Below, one piece after another: positions 13,220 through 26,964 of a stretch of DNA of 64,000 nucleotides. How positions within the stretch are numbered: position 1 is the stretch's first letter; the number at the start of each line of letters is the position of its first letter. Source of the DNA: Ylistrum balloti. Its lineage: Eukaryota. The notes beneath the pieces are model-generated. The model had not been told where the DNA came from. It saw only the letters and a list, made by a program, of their open reading frames with translations, and did not search any database. The translations under genes and the position numbers were made by a program. The DNA is taken from assembly GCF_031769215.1 (NCBI RefSeq), contig NW_026781896.1:1240001-1304000 (forward strand), given 5' to 3'.

Positions 13220-16200
13220 GTTGAAGGTTTTCTGAGAGATCTGTATCTTATTAACAATCTCAAATTACATGAATACCAAACACATGTTATTTGTAGCTGA
13301 ACCATTTCAGTCGGCCACTTATTATATTCAATACGAATGTAAAATGAATATGATATATATAGATAATGAAATGTGCTTCCTATACTTGAGTTGGATCACG
13401 AAATTCATTGAAATAGAAACTTCCATGATCCACATTTAGGAGGGAAAATGCTGCAATACAGTCAAATCTAAAAAAACATTTGGAAAGGAATAGAGGACTG
13501 CAACAAAATGAAGTCAAGTCTCTTGGAATTTTACAGACAATGCTTTGGATTTTTTTCACTTTGGGGAAGATAGGATCTTATAGCTCTGTTCCCTAGTAAA
13601 CCCACAAGAAAAAATATATCATACAGCTGAACTCTTTGATTCTACAGCATGGTAAAGGTGGTGACATGTGACAACTTAAGATAGATATATGTACTTTTAT
13701 AGGTTCTCTAAAGTTAGGCTGGGTAAGGACAAAAATTTATTCTAGTGACAAATGAATTTGAGTCTAAAAAACATTTGTTGATCTAAACATACTGCTTAAG
13801 TGTAGAAATTAATTGAAAATTGAAATATCAGACTTTGTCAGACAAATTCCTCAAATTTATCCTAGCAAGATCATAAAGCATGGATACTATAAACAAAATG
13901 TCTTTTGCATATAAATCTCACAATTGGCGCAGAGTCATGCAAATTAGTCGCCATCAATTAAAACATAGATAATGAACAAAGATTTTCATAGTTAAAATAA
14001 GCTGGTTTATAATTATGAATAATTACCTTTTATGCAGTTATCCTGTACATGTACATATAGCTATAACACATTTCACAATGTCTATGGTTAAATTCAGTGT
14101 AAAGTATAACACATTTCACAATGTCTACGGTTAAATTCAGTGTCCAGGACAATTTTATCCCCTTGAGTTTTTGATTCTGAGGAATTGGACTGTTTGGTTA
14201 TTTAAACACTCCGGTGACACATTCTGTTATACATCATCGAAGATAATTGTATCAATATTCCATGAGGTTTCCAGAGCAAGAGGACCATGGCCCTTAACAG
14301 TCATCTGACGAATGACGAATGGATTTACCAACCACAGAATTTCTTGACAGTAGTCTGACAAATCTGATTAATTTAAATTTCCAAGATTCCTTAAAAGCAT
14401 CAGAAATTCATAAATGGTAGGTTCTGTGCATGAAAAACACTTGCACCATCATGTTACAAAATAACTTCTGCGGTTACTGTGTTGAAGTTTTGATCAGACT
14501 GAAAAACAACAACAAATCATCTCTTTCTGTTCTTTATAAAAACTCCAAACATTTTTCTCATCGGTGTGAATGAATCATGAGAAGAAGTTCTGACTATTTG
14601 TTGTAGATGAGTTCAGTTGGATTTGGACCAAAGCATAAAAGTAGGATTTGGTCAGAACAATCTCAGGATCATTTCATTCATGTTTGATATCATTGTTATC
14701 CCTGATAATGTTTCAGGCCAAATTGGGTTGAAATCTACCCAGGCATTTATACAAAAACAATCAAGCATGACTGAAGTTAAACAATTTATTAATGATTGTA
14801 AAAGTGTTATTATATGTATATGGAAAACATAATTTTGGTGCAAACAGGGGCAACTCACTCATAAGCACCTAATAAAGCTATGTTAACAAGCTTGACTCTG
14901 CGACATCAGAGAAGCACAGTGAAGAAGGCAAATGGCTAGACTCCATATAAGAGAAGTACATGACTCTGAAGAGACTCGGCTCAAAGAGAAGTGACTTGAC
15001 TCTGGGACTTACCACGTATACGGAGTAGCCGCCTTCATACACAGGACAAACTTGACTTCTAAGGTAACCAATGAGAAGACCCTTGACTCTGTAATGGTTC
15101 AGAGAAGTGACTTGACTCACATAAGGTCCTTGGAGAAGCTTGACTAAACTTCTAAAAATAACTAAGTATATGAAGTGATTGTGGAAAAAAATTCCCCAAG
15201 AATTTAGAAGCCAAAAATGAGCGAGTAATTCAGTGATATGAGTGAGTGCCCCAAATCATGGTAACCTCCTAGCAGGAAAGAAGATCACAATGTCATGATA
15301 AGTCCCTAGGTTAGCACACACTGATTAATATTCGGGAAGTAATTGAATGATATAACATAATTAAAGTCAAAACATCCTCTTGCTCAACAACCGCTGAAAC
15401 TGAAAGACTAGCAATAGGGACACCCCTCTAGGACACAATGATGATTGGTCAAAACAAGTAAGACACACTAATTAGCATACTGATAACATACTCCAAGAAC
15501 AACACATAACTTCCTTTCCATTATATACACATTACAAGTAAGCTAGACGATCAGAGAGAATCAGTTTTTGTATAAACTAAGATTTAATTAAAAATTAAAT
15601 TGACATTTAAGAAGGACTAGCATTTCTCAGCAAAATATTGTCTAATTTCCCGTTGTGGGTCCCTGCATCCAAGTCCCTAGTGGTCAAATCAAATTTCTGA
15701 TTGCTACTGATGTTACTGACAAAATTTGAATGAAATCCGTTCAAACATTACAGAAAGAATAGCATTTTTAATCAAAATATTGTCTAATTTCCCCTTTCGG
15801 GGCTCCACACACATGTCACTCACAATGAGAAATTGGGATAGCAAATTGTCTCCACTGTGGTTGAATGAATGAAGATAAGTGTTCAACTTTGCCTGTTTGC
15901 AGACAAACTTTTCAATCTCCACTCCAAACCCTGTCATGATAAATCTGTTGAGATGAGATAGTGATCTATTGTTGTGTCCAAAACAATAATAGGTTGTGTT
16001 AATAGAAAGGCTCACATTCTAGCAATCTTAACTTATAACATACCTTTTTTTTAATCCAAAATGACTTTCTCTGACAAATAATGCCTTCAGCAGGACCAAT
16101 AATCTCTATCCACAATCTGAATTGCCAAACTCATACAATAATCTTGACGAATTGTCAAAGTCTTGTTTCCTCTTGATAACCAATTCCAAAATGTGAAAAT

Positions 16201-16480
16201 CTCTTTTATTTTTAAACAATCTCTTGGAAAAAGCACTTTGATTCATGGCAGCCACTGGCAAATGTAACAGTGCGTAAAGCAAAAGAACTGTTTTATCCTC
16301 ATCAATCATCCATTATCTTTGGCCAGCCACATTCCTGAGGGCACTTAAAATGCTGATATGGTATAATCAAACTGACGTTTATTACAGAAATGTTAATAAT
16401 GTAATCCAATGTAGAACTGCTAGCTAGAGTAATCATATTTGTCAATTAAAGTCCGCAAAACAATGACATTACACCGGAGA

Positions 16481-16846
16481 GTATGGCAATAAGTCTTCTA
16501 ACCAATCACATGACATTGGGGCAGTATGGGATTAAGTCTTTAAACCAATTACATGACATTGTGGCAGTATGTTAGAATGTCTTCAAACCAATCACATGAC
16601 ACAGGGACAGTATGGAACTAAGTTTTCAAACCAATCACATGACATGGGGGCTGTATGGCAGAAAGTCTTCAAACCAATCACATGACACTGGGGCAGTATG
16701 GAACTAAGTCTTCAAACCAATCACATGACATGGGGGCTGTATGGGATTAAGTCTTTAAACTAATAAAATGACACTGGGGCAGTATGGCAGAAAGTCTTTA
16801 AACCAATCACATGACACAGGGGCAGTATGGAAGCAAACCTTCAGAC
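16481..16846. repeat. Tandem array, 43-bp unit, about 8 copies
   Basis: Unit AAACCAATCACATGACACTGGGGCAGTATGGAACTAAGTCTTC, moderately diverged. Confidence 0.92.
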
Positions 16847-17473
16847 CATGACAAGCCATGGGACAAGTGTACATGTGTACTGGTCTATCCCATGGTTTTT
16901 ATTTGTTGCTGTTTGTTGTGTAGTTTAGTATTCAGGACAGGGAAAAGCTTTGTAGGTTTTTTATGAATTGATGAATTGAAACTGCAGCTAGATGATTTTT
17001 CATGGCAGCTAATGCATGCGGAAAGACATGTGCAGTTTGGACATTTTTGGGGTTTGAAACCTGCAGTCTTCTCTTTGCTTTAATACATTAACTGAGCTCA
17101 TCATTTTCCCAAGCATATCTCTATGCATAATTACACTACACATACCAAAGTGTATAGTATTTGTGAACTAAATTGTTCTCAAACAAACTTTCTACATTAA
17201 CTACCAAAATACTCTGATTAAAATGGAAAATTCATATCAACATGTTTCTTTATCCCCATCTTTATAGCCCACACTGCCATACCATATTTATCTTGTTATA
17301 AGTCTGGGTGACACATAACTTATTACTCAAAATTAAGGAATGAACTTATAACATGGAAATCAAGCAGCATTAGTAATGTACTATGAACTTACTAAGAAGC
17401 AATATAAAAAGTTTATTTCATTACTAGCCATGGTTTTATTGATGATGAAAGTCCCCCCCACCCACCCCAACTG

Positions 17474-17686
17474 TTGCTTTACGTCTCTATTAACAGCTTT
17501 GGGTCATTTTAGAATGTGCCAGGTTTGGGTGGTGGAGGAAAGTGAATGTGAGTTCCTCGAGAAAAAATAAGGACCTGTGACCAGTACCTGGTTACTGCCC
17601 CTCGAATGCCTTGAACCTGCAGCCCTGAGGTGAAGGGATAGTGATAAAGGTGATTAGACGTCTTAACCACTTGACCACCGCAGACC
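17474..17686 (-). mobile_element. tRNA-derived SINE, near full length
   Basis: The minus strand begins GGTCTGCGGTGGTCAAGTGGTTAAGAC (A box), has GGTTCAAGGC (B-box-like), then a TTTCCTCCACC body and a GCTGTTAATAGAGACGTAAA tail. Confidence 0.7.
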
Positions 17687-18120
17687 AGTTTTTTTCAAAG
17701 ATTCCCATCAATGTCAGTAACTACAGCCAAACCTGTCTAAAAAGGCCACCTCTATATAAAAGTTATCTGAAAACAAAGGCCGACCTAATCCCTTTAATGG
17801 CCTATATAGACTTGTTTATATATGAATAACAAGGATACTGAACTTATTTATGTACCCAGTCACTACGATTATAGATGTATATAGACAACTCATTGCATAT
17901 ACCGTTATGATTCCATCTATTAAGCACAATATAAAGAAGTTGGATAACCATGTGATGTTTGATCAAAATCCCACAAGTCATGAAGCCACCTGGGTGATGA
18001 CATTGATTTTCTAAAAATAGTAACGGTGACATTGACCTTCACTGTACAACCCAGAAGCTGCCTGACATTAAGATTATAATACTTAAATGAATAGAAGAAT
18101 GGTTAAGTCTGATGACATAC

Positions 18121-18293
18121 CTCCAGCACAGGTCACTCCTGCATCCTCTTTATGACCTGGACATCCATGCAGAGATTTTCTGGTTTTGCAGGCAAGAATG
18201 TCTGTTTCTGTACCATCACAATGAACCTCATCCACCAAGCCAGCTTTACCACTTCCTGGCCCAAAGTGGGATTTGGTGTATGCTTTTCCGCCA
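18121..18293 (-). CDS. SRCR domain exon, C-terminal half
   Basis: Acceptor tttattccttacAG| and donor |GTATGT. It reads GGKAYTKSHFGPGSGKAGLVDEVHCDGTETDILACKTRKSLHGCPGHKEDAGVTCAG (SRCR FGxGSG...D.V.C.G.E..L..C......C.H.EDAGV.C). The phase-2 start matches the phase-2 end of 21218-21368. It ends in phase 1, so more exons should follow. Confidence 0.92.
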
Positions 18294-18604
18294 CTGTAAG
18301 GAATAAAGATGTGTTGCCAATACCTCAAGATCTTGTGGAATTCCAATACAAAGATTATCTGATGTACAATAAAGACAATTTTCAAACACTACCATGGGGC
18401 TCCTATTGCTGACTTGATCTGCTGGTTATGATGACAAGTCTTTGTTGAAAATGTTACATTATAGTTGATCTTTTGTCATTAATGCTTATATGTCAAACTT
18501 ATCTAGATTTTCTTTTCAGTATGTTAAAGGTTAAATATCATAAAACCACAACATTTTTTACAAGTTTTGACCTCTCTGATATAATTCATCATTTACTAAA
18601 CTGA

Positions 18605-18880
18605 AGAGGAGCTGCAATAGTTAAGTTGGTAGAAAGGGGATCTACATAGCCCTAGGTGAAGATTTGAGGTGCGTGGTTCAATGCTCCTTACCCAGGGGTT
18701 ATTTGTAGTTTTCAGTAAGCATGAGAAAAGACCAGTTTGTGTTGGCCTTGGACAAGACTTTTACCCTAGTGTGGATGGTATAATGGACCTCCTCTATGCT
18801 GATCAGTGATTTCTCAAGGGTTGTCCTGACCATCATCTTCAATGTGACACTGGTCCTTGAGGACAAACAACTAACCACTT
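18605..18880 (+). mobile_element. Old tRNA-headed SINE remnant
   Basis: GCAATAGTTAAGTTGGTAGAA (A-box-like) and GTGGTTCAATGC (B-box-like), then CCTTGGACAAGACTTTTACCC. Confidence 0.4.
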
Positions 18881-19279
18881 CTAATTGTCTAGTAAAAGCC
18901 TTGTCTCTTAATCAACACCTAATCAGGAGTAATAATGAACTTTGAAAGTGGTTATCTCAAACATATTGCAGAGTTCAAATTTCATGACCTTACCAAGCTA
19001 CACAAGGCCAAAAGAATGTTTTGTTTCTGAAATCCATATATTTCTTTGTCTGATATCAACAATCTAACAGCAAAGGAATGAATTTGCTTGAATAACACTC
19101 CTAGTTTTATGATGTACTTTTGCATACCATATCTATAACTGCAATAACTTATATGGCTAGAAAACCTCTATCAGAATTAGATACCAAAACAGGACACCCT
19201 GACCTTATTTTCAATTACCAGAATAATTTATCCACACAAGGTATACTCTACAGACTGACTAATGCATGTTTGTATAAAC

Positions 19280-20150
19280 CAGATCAAGAGTCCCACAAGC
19301 CTTAAGGGTCATCTGACTATAAAGACTTATATATGAAAGAAAATGAATTGCTCAACTACACTTCAACTTATACAGAAGACATTGGTTGGTTCATAAAGAC
19401 ATTCTCAGTAAACTTGGAATCATATTCTTTATACATGCATACACAAATGCCACTACACCAGATATATTGCTTGTTGAAAAAGTATGCTATAGGCCCAATA
19501 TCAAGATCCTTGGCCTCTGGTTATTGAGAAGAAGTTGCTTACGCATTTCAACACATTTGATACCGTGACCTTGAAAGTGGGTCAAAGTCAGCAAACTTGG
19601 TAGCCCTTCATTCCAGCATGATAAATACCCAACATGAGAAGACATCATTAAAAATTTTGACATGCTTAAAAGTAGGTCAAGGTCAATGATATTACTAAAC
19701 TTGGTAGCCCTTCATCCAAGCAGGCTACAGGCCCAATATCAGCACCCTGGGCATTTTGGTTATAGAGAAGAAGTTGTTTAAATATCTGATATATTTGACC
19801 CCTGTGATCATAAAAGTAGGTCAAGGTCATTTATATTCACAAACTTGGTAGCCCTTCATCCTAGCATGCTGTAGACCTAATATCCTCATCCTGGGCTTTT
19901 TTGTTAATTGAGAAGAGGTTGTTTAAAGATTATAGCATATTTGACCCCTGTGACCTTAAAAGCATGTCTAGGTCATTCCTATCGATAAAATTGGTAGCCC
20001 TTCATCCCCTCATGCTACAGATTGGAAATCAGCACCCTGTGCCTTTTGGTTATTGAGAAGAATTTGTTTAAAGATTTTAAAAATATTTTACCCTGTGACC
20101 TTGAAAGTAGGCCAAGGTCATTCATATTAACAAAATTGGTAGACCTTCAT
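19280..20150 (+). mobile_element. HINE-like element with ~145-bp core repeats
   Basis: 5' end CAAGAGTCCCACAAGCCTTAAGGGTCATCTGA, then repeated AAACTTGGTAGCCCTTCATCC...TTATTGAGAAGAAG...TTTGACCCCTGTGACCTTGAAAGTAGGTCAAGGTCA units. Confidence 0.7.
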
Positions 20151-21216
20151 CCCTTGAAAAACTTGAAACAGCCTTATATTCATGTAATGTTTTAAAAGTC
20201 TAGACATTCTAATGCTACATTAATGGGAACAAAAAAAGAAAAGAATTTTCTTTCAATTTTTTGAGACAGCCAAAACTACCAAAATTCTTTATAAACATAT
20301 GATTTCTTTGTTAATAAGACATTAGTATTTACATCCTAGCAGGGCCTTTATATAGGAATTATGGTTCTTAAAAGCTCTCACTACATATTAAGTATATGGT
20401 ACATACTGAAAGCATGATGCAGGAGTAACACTCGCCTTTCACCTTGCCATCTTGAGTTTGATTCCCCGAATGGATTCGAAAAGTTAAGAGATCATCTACC
20501 TGCTCTACCACATCAACTATCTTCATGGTTACATATGGGCCACCATTTAAGTCAAAATACCTTGAAATTAGTTTTGCAACTGTTGTAAAATAAATAAAGT
20601 TTATACTGTTACATGATAAACATACAAAACTGTTCTGTTGAGAGACAATTCATAAATACCTGTATTAGGTATCTAGTCATACATGTAGATAGAGCTTTCC
20701 CAATTAAGTGGTTAAAGTACAAATAACCTTCGGCAAACATAATCACTTATCACATGTACCTATACATCTTGCATACATATAGAGATACTGTGTTTAAATA
20801 TAGTAATGTTAGTCAATATAAAACCTATTCTAGCAGTGAACACAATATGGGAGGTGGTACTAAAGATCAAATTTGTTAGCCAACTGCACAGGTAAATCAA
20901 AATGATAGGGAAAAAGAGAAGGTTATTTGATTAGGAAGTTTAAAGGAAAGAGAAAGAAACAGGAATGAATCCAATGTCGTAAGAGGATTAATGAAGACAG
21001 GAGGTAATGGGTGTTTGAAGTGTGGAACGAGATGGAGAAAACCTGGAGGGAATAGATTTTAATGAGAAACTTACAGTTAGAAGAGGGTCAGATTTAATGG
21101 CAAAACAAGTTGAAATGTGTTGATTGAGGAGAAAAGAGAAGATGGAATAGTGATGGAAACTGATAAGTTGAGTTATATGACATACAACTCATTGAAAATG
21201 TGACATTTATTGCTTA

Positions 21217-21393
<177 letters not shown>

Positions 21394-21675
21394 TTAACTA
21401 TAGCAACATCAGTTATTTTGTAAATGTGAAAAAAAGTCTTTATTTCACATTTGCAGTATCATGTATTTTTTCTTTTCCTTTTTTCTCTCAACCTTGTTTA
21501 TACTATACACAGCTAAAGAAATATGCTTGAAACTTGAAAATGAGATGCAGCTCATTTTCTTTAACTGTACACAAGTGCAGATTTATTCATAAAAGAAATT
21601 ACAGGCTTACTTCTTATTTATCTAGACAATTATTGGTTGAATAGCATTTCATACTACAGTTCAGAACAGTTTCCT

Positions 21676-21728
21676 TTCTACACTGCCCTATAAATGTGAA
21701 CGCCTTTTTATTGCTAACAAGTCGCACA
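21676..21728 (-). pseudogene. Degenerate partial duplicate of the SRCR exon
   Basis: tttctacactgccctataaatgtgaacgcctttttattgctaacaagtcgcacat is near-identical to about 21306-21359 (tttctacactgccctctaaatgtgatcgccttttattgccaacaagtcgcacat), with substitutions, a 1-nt insertion and no splice sites. Confidence 0.8.
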
Positions 21729-21999
21729 TCAAAATTATAAGGTTTGAAACAGTTTCCAGACGAAAGGCCCATGTATTGCTCATCTGGTTTAGTTTGGTCA
21801 CCAATGCTTAATCCAAACAGGAGGAGACAGATTTTAAAAATTGTAATGCAAATGGAGTCAGATCTTTAGTTTAAACAATATCTTTATTCAATAATCAACA
21901 TATATATCATACTTATGGGATGGGAAAACAAGCTTAGAGCTCATACTAATTCCTATCTTTGATTTATGTTTGATTTATATATATATTCATCACAACAGA

Positions 22000-23090
22000 A
22001 GACAGGTTCAATTACCAGATTTTCTTCTATTTCAACTATTTGACACCTCTGGGATGCTACCCTTGATTAAATGAAAATGAGTTCCCTTTACCCATAATTG
22101 CTTTAGATCAAATTTATACAAAATCTTGTCATTTCTAATGACACAGAATTGAAAAGAATTTGGCCTCTTCCCACTATAGAACCAACACCCCTGGTTCACT
22201 GGGCAGACACCTATTGTTTGTACAAAGCTGGTTTCTCTTCACGCAAGGATGCTTCAGATCAAATTGGGCCAGAATGCTCTTATTTCTACAAAATGATTTT
22301 AAAGAATTAGCTTTATTTCCTCTTTTGGGCCACACCTTCTTTTTACAAAATTGATCTTCTTCACCCAAACATGCTTCACACAACATTGGGAAAAAATCTA
22401 GGAAATCCTACTAAAAAAACAAGATTTTAAAGAATCTTCCCTGTTTCCATCAAGTGGCCCAATCCCTACTGCCCAAGGGAGCCCATGAAACACAGTTTAT
22501 ACAAAATTGCAAATCCAATCATTCATTAATGGAGGAGAAACATTTTAAAGAATCTGCCCTATTTCCCATATTGGGCCCCCATTCCTTATGACCAAGGGGA
22601 CCAGGATTCACCTTTTATACAAAATTGATTCCCTTTAATGCAAGAATGCTTTGAAATTAAATTAAGACAAATTTAATCCTTCTGACGGGGGAGTAGGATT
22701 TTAAAAAATTTGCTCTATTTCCACTGCTGCCCCAGGGGGCCAAGATCCATCCTTTGAAAATAATTTAATCCCCTAAACCAAAGGTAACACCAAACTGGAA
22801 CAGAATCTAGGTGTTAATAGATAAGATGAAGGATTTTAAAGAATTTCCTCCATTTCCCATATTGGGCACTGCCCCCTCACGACCACAGAAGACCTAGACC
22901 CACTATTTATACAATATTGATTCCACTTCTCCTACAAATGCTTTAAGCCAAATCAGGTGCAAATTAAATTTTTTCTACAAGAGGAGTAGGATTTTCAAGA
23001 ATTAACTCTATTTCCCCTTTACGCAAGGAAACTTCAGACTGAATTGGAACAGAATCCTGGCATTCCTTTTTCGGAGTAGGAATGTAAAAA
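22000..23090 (+). mobile_element. Degenerate HINE-type internal repeat array (repeating TTTCCCxTATTGGGCCCC...TTTATACAAAATTGATT...CCAAATT units)
   Basis: There are several diverged copies of a roughly 150-bp unit. The same unit recurs at about 23650-24050. Termini were not recognised. Confidence 0.55.
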
Positions 23091-23091
23091 A

Positions 23092-24107
23092 GAAGCACAT
23101 AGGGCCTGTATCACTCACCTGGATCTCAAAGCCCAGCAATGTTACACATGCTTATATGTTGGGCATTTCAAATATTTCAAAATTAAAGCTAAGTCACTAA
23201 CCTCTTTGATGAAGCAAGATCAATGGGTAAATTTTTATATCATCACTGTCTTTCTCTTTTGATATAAGAGTATATATTGTTATCAGGTTGGTATCTCAAC
23301 TATATCAAAAATATGACCCAGAAAAAATGTCCCTAAATTGTGTCATTCCCAAGGGTCAGTTCTTAAGTAACAATTTCAACTGCTTCAACGATATTACCCA
23401 AAAATTAAGTCCACATAGGAGAGGCCACACTCAAGGGCCAGTTCTTACATTGTGAATGTTTTATCTCTTGATGCCCAGCATTGTCGTATATGGTTAAGGG
23501 GTGGAAATCTAAACTGTTTCAAAGATGTTATCATGAAACCAAGTCCTGAGAATTGGGGCTAGACCCCAGGGCCAATTCTTACATCATGATTGTGTTCATC
23601 TCTTTATGCCCAGCTTTGCTATACATGGTTATGGGATGGGGATCTAAACTGTTTCCTCATTGAGTCATTCCCCTTATAATTTCTTCCTCTTCACCTAAAC
23701 ACGATTCAGACCAAATTTTGGACAAAATCCAATCATCCCTACTTGAGGTAGTATTCTAAAGAATTTGTTCCGTTTCCCTTATTGGGTCCTGCCCCTCCTG
23801 CCGATATCCACCATTTATACAAAATTGATTTACCTTCACCCAAAGATGCATCTGACCAAATTTGGACAAAATCCACAGTAAGATTTTAAAGAACTAGCAA
23901 AATTCACACTTTTAGGACCCCCACCCCTCAAGCCCTGGTGGAGCTGTGGAACACCATTTACACAAAATATGTTCACATTCCCCCAAGTATGCTTCTGATA
24001 AAATTTTGTCAAAGTTCCCTGGGTTGTTCATGACTTGTAGTGTTTTGAAGAAAAGTTGACAATCAACTGATAACGAACGACCCTTCAGGCTAGGTGAGCA
24101 AAAAAAA
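23092..24107 (+). mobile_element. HINE-like element
   Basis: It carries the same 25-nt 5' motif GGGCCTGTATCACTCACCTGGATCT as the 10974 element, and a 3' end ACGAACGACCCTTCAGGCTAGGTGAGCAAAAAAA. Confidence 0.72.
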
Positions 24108-26550
24108 CGGGGTTGTGGATCTGGAGTCTTGTACCTTGCACAATGCTGTAGTGTAGCTTATGTACTTAAAATTTCATAATTCTAATTTAAAGCTAATCTC
24201 CAAATACAAAAAGGACTGATCATGGAAAGAAAGCGAGCCACAAAACTTTTGAAGAGCATTATAGACATGGCCATCTGTCAGTATACATGTACTGATTGAA
24301 AGTTCACTGTCCCTGTGTTTCTTTGTATATCAGAACTTTGCCCAAGACATTTATATTAGATTCTTGATAAATTCAGCAGTCAGGTTTGTACTGTAAAATC
24401 GTTTGAAAACAAACAGAAACATCAATGGTAAGATGATTAATATCAGCAGAATTCCAATCTATTCTCACCAAATAGCTAAGATATCAAATCCTGCTACTAG
24501 TTCATGTACTGTAGCAACTATTTTTTTTGTACGTTAAATCATGACGAGCCATGGTTATTTATAATCTATAATCCATATTATGAATTCATGACAATTTTCC
24601 AGACCTAGTAAGAAACTTTAATAGTCAAAATTGATGTTTCTTTGTTTAGGCCTGATCAGTCAGACCCAAAAATGAACATACACAAATAGAGACCAAGGAG
24701 AGCAGACAAGAGATTTGAGAATAATCTGTCCAATGCTCGAGAAACAAGAGTTATAACAGGAATTGTTTAAGAACAGATGAACAGACTATGGATGACTGAC
24801 CAACCATCCCATCACTACATTGTGAACTAAACAACATTGGAGGCATTCATAATGATACAATTTCTGTATCCTAATGATCTGACCTTGCCTTTTGGCCCAA
24901 GGCAAGTAAGAATCAATATATGTATATCTTCGAACGGCCATTGGATGCTGACAATTCAAAGTTCAAGAACTATCCCCAAATGAAATTGTAACTTCTATTA
25001 CTTCCAATGTATCCACATACACCATTGAATATTATCCCATTGGGGAGCATTTTTCTGAGGTAAGAAAATTCATTTAGTAAAAACATTTAGTAAAATGCCT
25101 CGAGATCCTTCCATCAATAGTGTTTGATATTCTACCCATTAGGGTTAAAGATTTCTCAAATTTGACCTCGATTAATTTAATTGCAATCCCATGCTTATCA
25201 TTTTTACACACTTCAGCATATTTTTATCATAAAATACAATATATCATGAACTGTTATACCAACCAAATAAAGCTGATCGCCTACAAAGCATTAATTATAT
25301 AGAAAAGAGCTCAAGGGGAAAAAAAGGTTATTTAGAAGCCAAGTGACGATGTAATGTTGGATCACTGTTATACTTATTTGGAAAACACCCTTTTAAAAAG
25401 TTTTTTCCAGTTCTCGTCTGTTTTCTGTACCATTATTTTTACTGGAAAAAAGTATGGCACCACAGTTTCCCGAACAAATGTTGGATCTGTTTTGTTATTG
25501 ACCCAAAATGGTGCCAACCATTAACATCTTATTTCTATTAATAGAATACTTTGCGTGTGGTTATTTGATACAAATAAAAAATTCGAAGGCATGATAATCA
25601 TGTACTACATTTAATTATGACAAAAACGAAGCAGGTTTTTACAACCAAAACCAGGCATAAGATACAACACTATTGTACAACCTTTTAACAAGAGATTTTA
25701 CAACAAATTATACTTATGGATGATATGGCAATATGATTGATGAATAAAGAAATGCAGAATGAATTCAACATTGGATCCCAGTACTAAGACTAAAAACAAA
25801 TAGTAAATGCTTCAAATACAACCTACTGAACAACCTACTAATATTTTAAACTTGTTATACAATATATCTTGCAAAAGCATTCCTAAAACTCTGATACAAT
25901 TAGCGTAGGTGAAAAAGAGTCATAAAGACTTCATTACATATTATTCTTTGAAATGTTTACTTAAATCAAAAGCAATGAAATATCAGGCGCTTCCATACGC
26001 ATGTATTTTTTACCAACATTGAACATAAAATGAAAGTAATTCCCATCAATTTTCATTAAAGATATGAAAATTATCTTTAAAGGCTCAGATGTGTAGTATC
26101 ATTTCCTCTTACATTACAGTGAAAATTGTCAAGAGGATAAATAGGTTATTCACATAGTACCAAAACACCAGGTCTACTTCGTACTTCATCACATTAGTAT
26201 ATATAATGTCAAGAAAATTTTTGTTATTTTTTTTTTTAAAACAGTTGGATATTTACATCCGACTTAAAATTCAGGAGTTCATTATCATCTATGCCATCTA
26301 CTCGATACCATTAACTTGTCAAGAATTTCCATAACTAACTGTATATGGCCAAATCAAAAATCATTTTCAAAAAAGAAAGACATGCATTGTTTAACTTTAA
26401 AGAAGATAAATGTTGAAGTCAATTTATGGTCTTCATTTGTTCCTGCAAAATTCTCGATCTAGCAGTATTGTATAAACACCAGTTTTACATACATACAATG
26501 AACAACTATTTACAGTCCATCTTGGAGAATTTCTATTAAACGGTTTTAAA

Positions 26551-26556
26551 TTTATT
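26551..26556 (-). terminator. Candidate polyadenylation signal AATAAA for the RRM gene
   Basis: TTTATT on the plus strand, about 410 nt downstream of the stop codon. A longer UTR is possible. Confidence 0.4.
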
Positions 26557-26964
26557 TATGTATTGTCTGCAAGTGTTGAAAAAACATTTGAAGATTTTTG
26601 AAACTCCTGTTCTGTCCTTTCCACACACTAATTCTAAAATGGTGTGAAATGTTTGCACCACGTTACTATTTGTCAAACACCTGCGAAAATCTTGATCCCT
26701 CCACATCTTCCTTACCAAAAGGAATAGAGAAAGGTAAGCATTATTAAAATCCTTAAATGATCAATCCATGTTGCACTTATTTTGGCAGAGGGAAATGTAG
26801 TCCACTATTTTTCTTTTTCGATGAAAAAATATTTTTCAACAGCTGCCGCGGATTGGTAAATGGGTATCGTTACCCCACCGACTGATGGGCTTCCACATTT
26901 TCCCCGATTAGAAGAATATAATTCTAATCAGACGTTCCCAACATCGAGGCATGATAGCATGATT

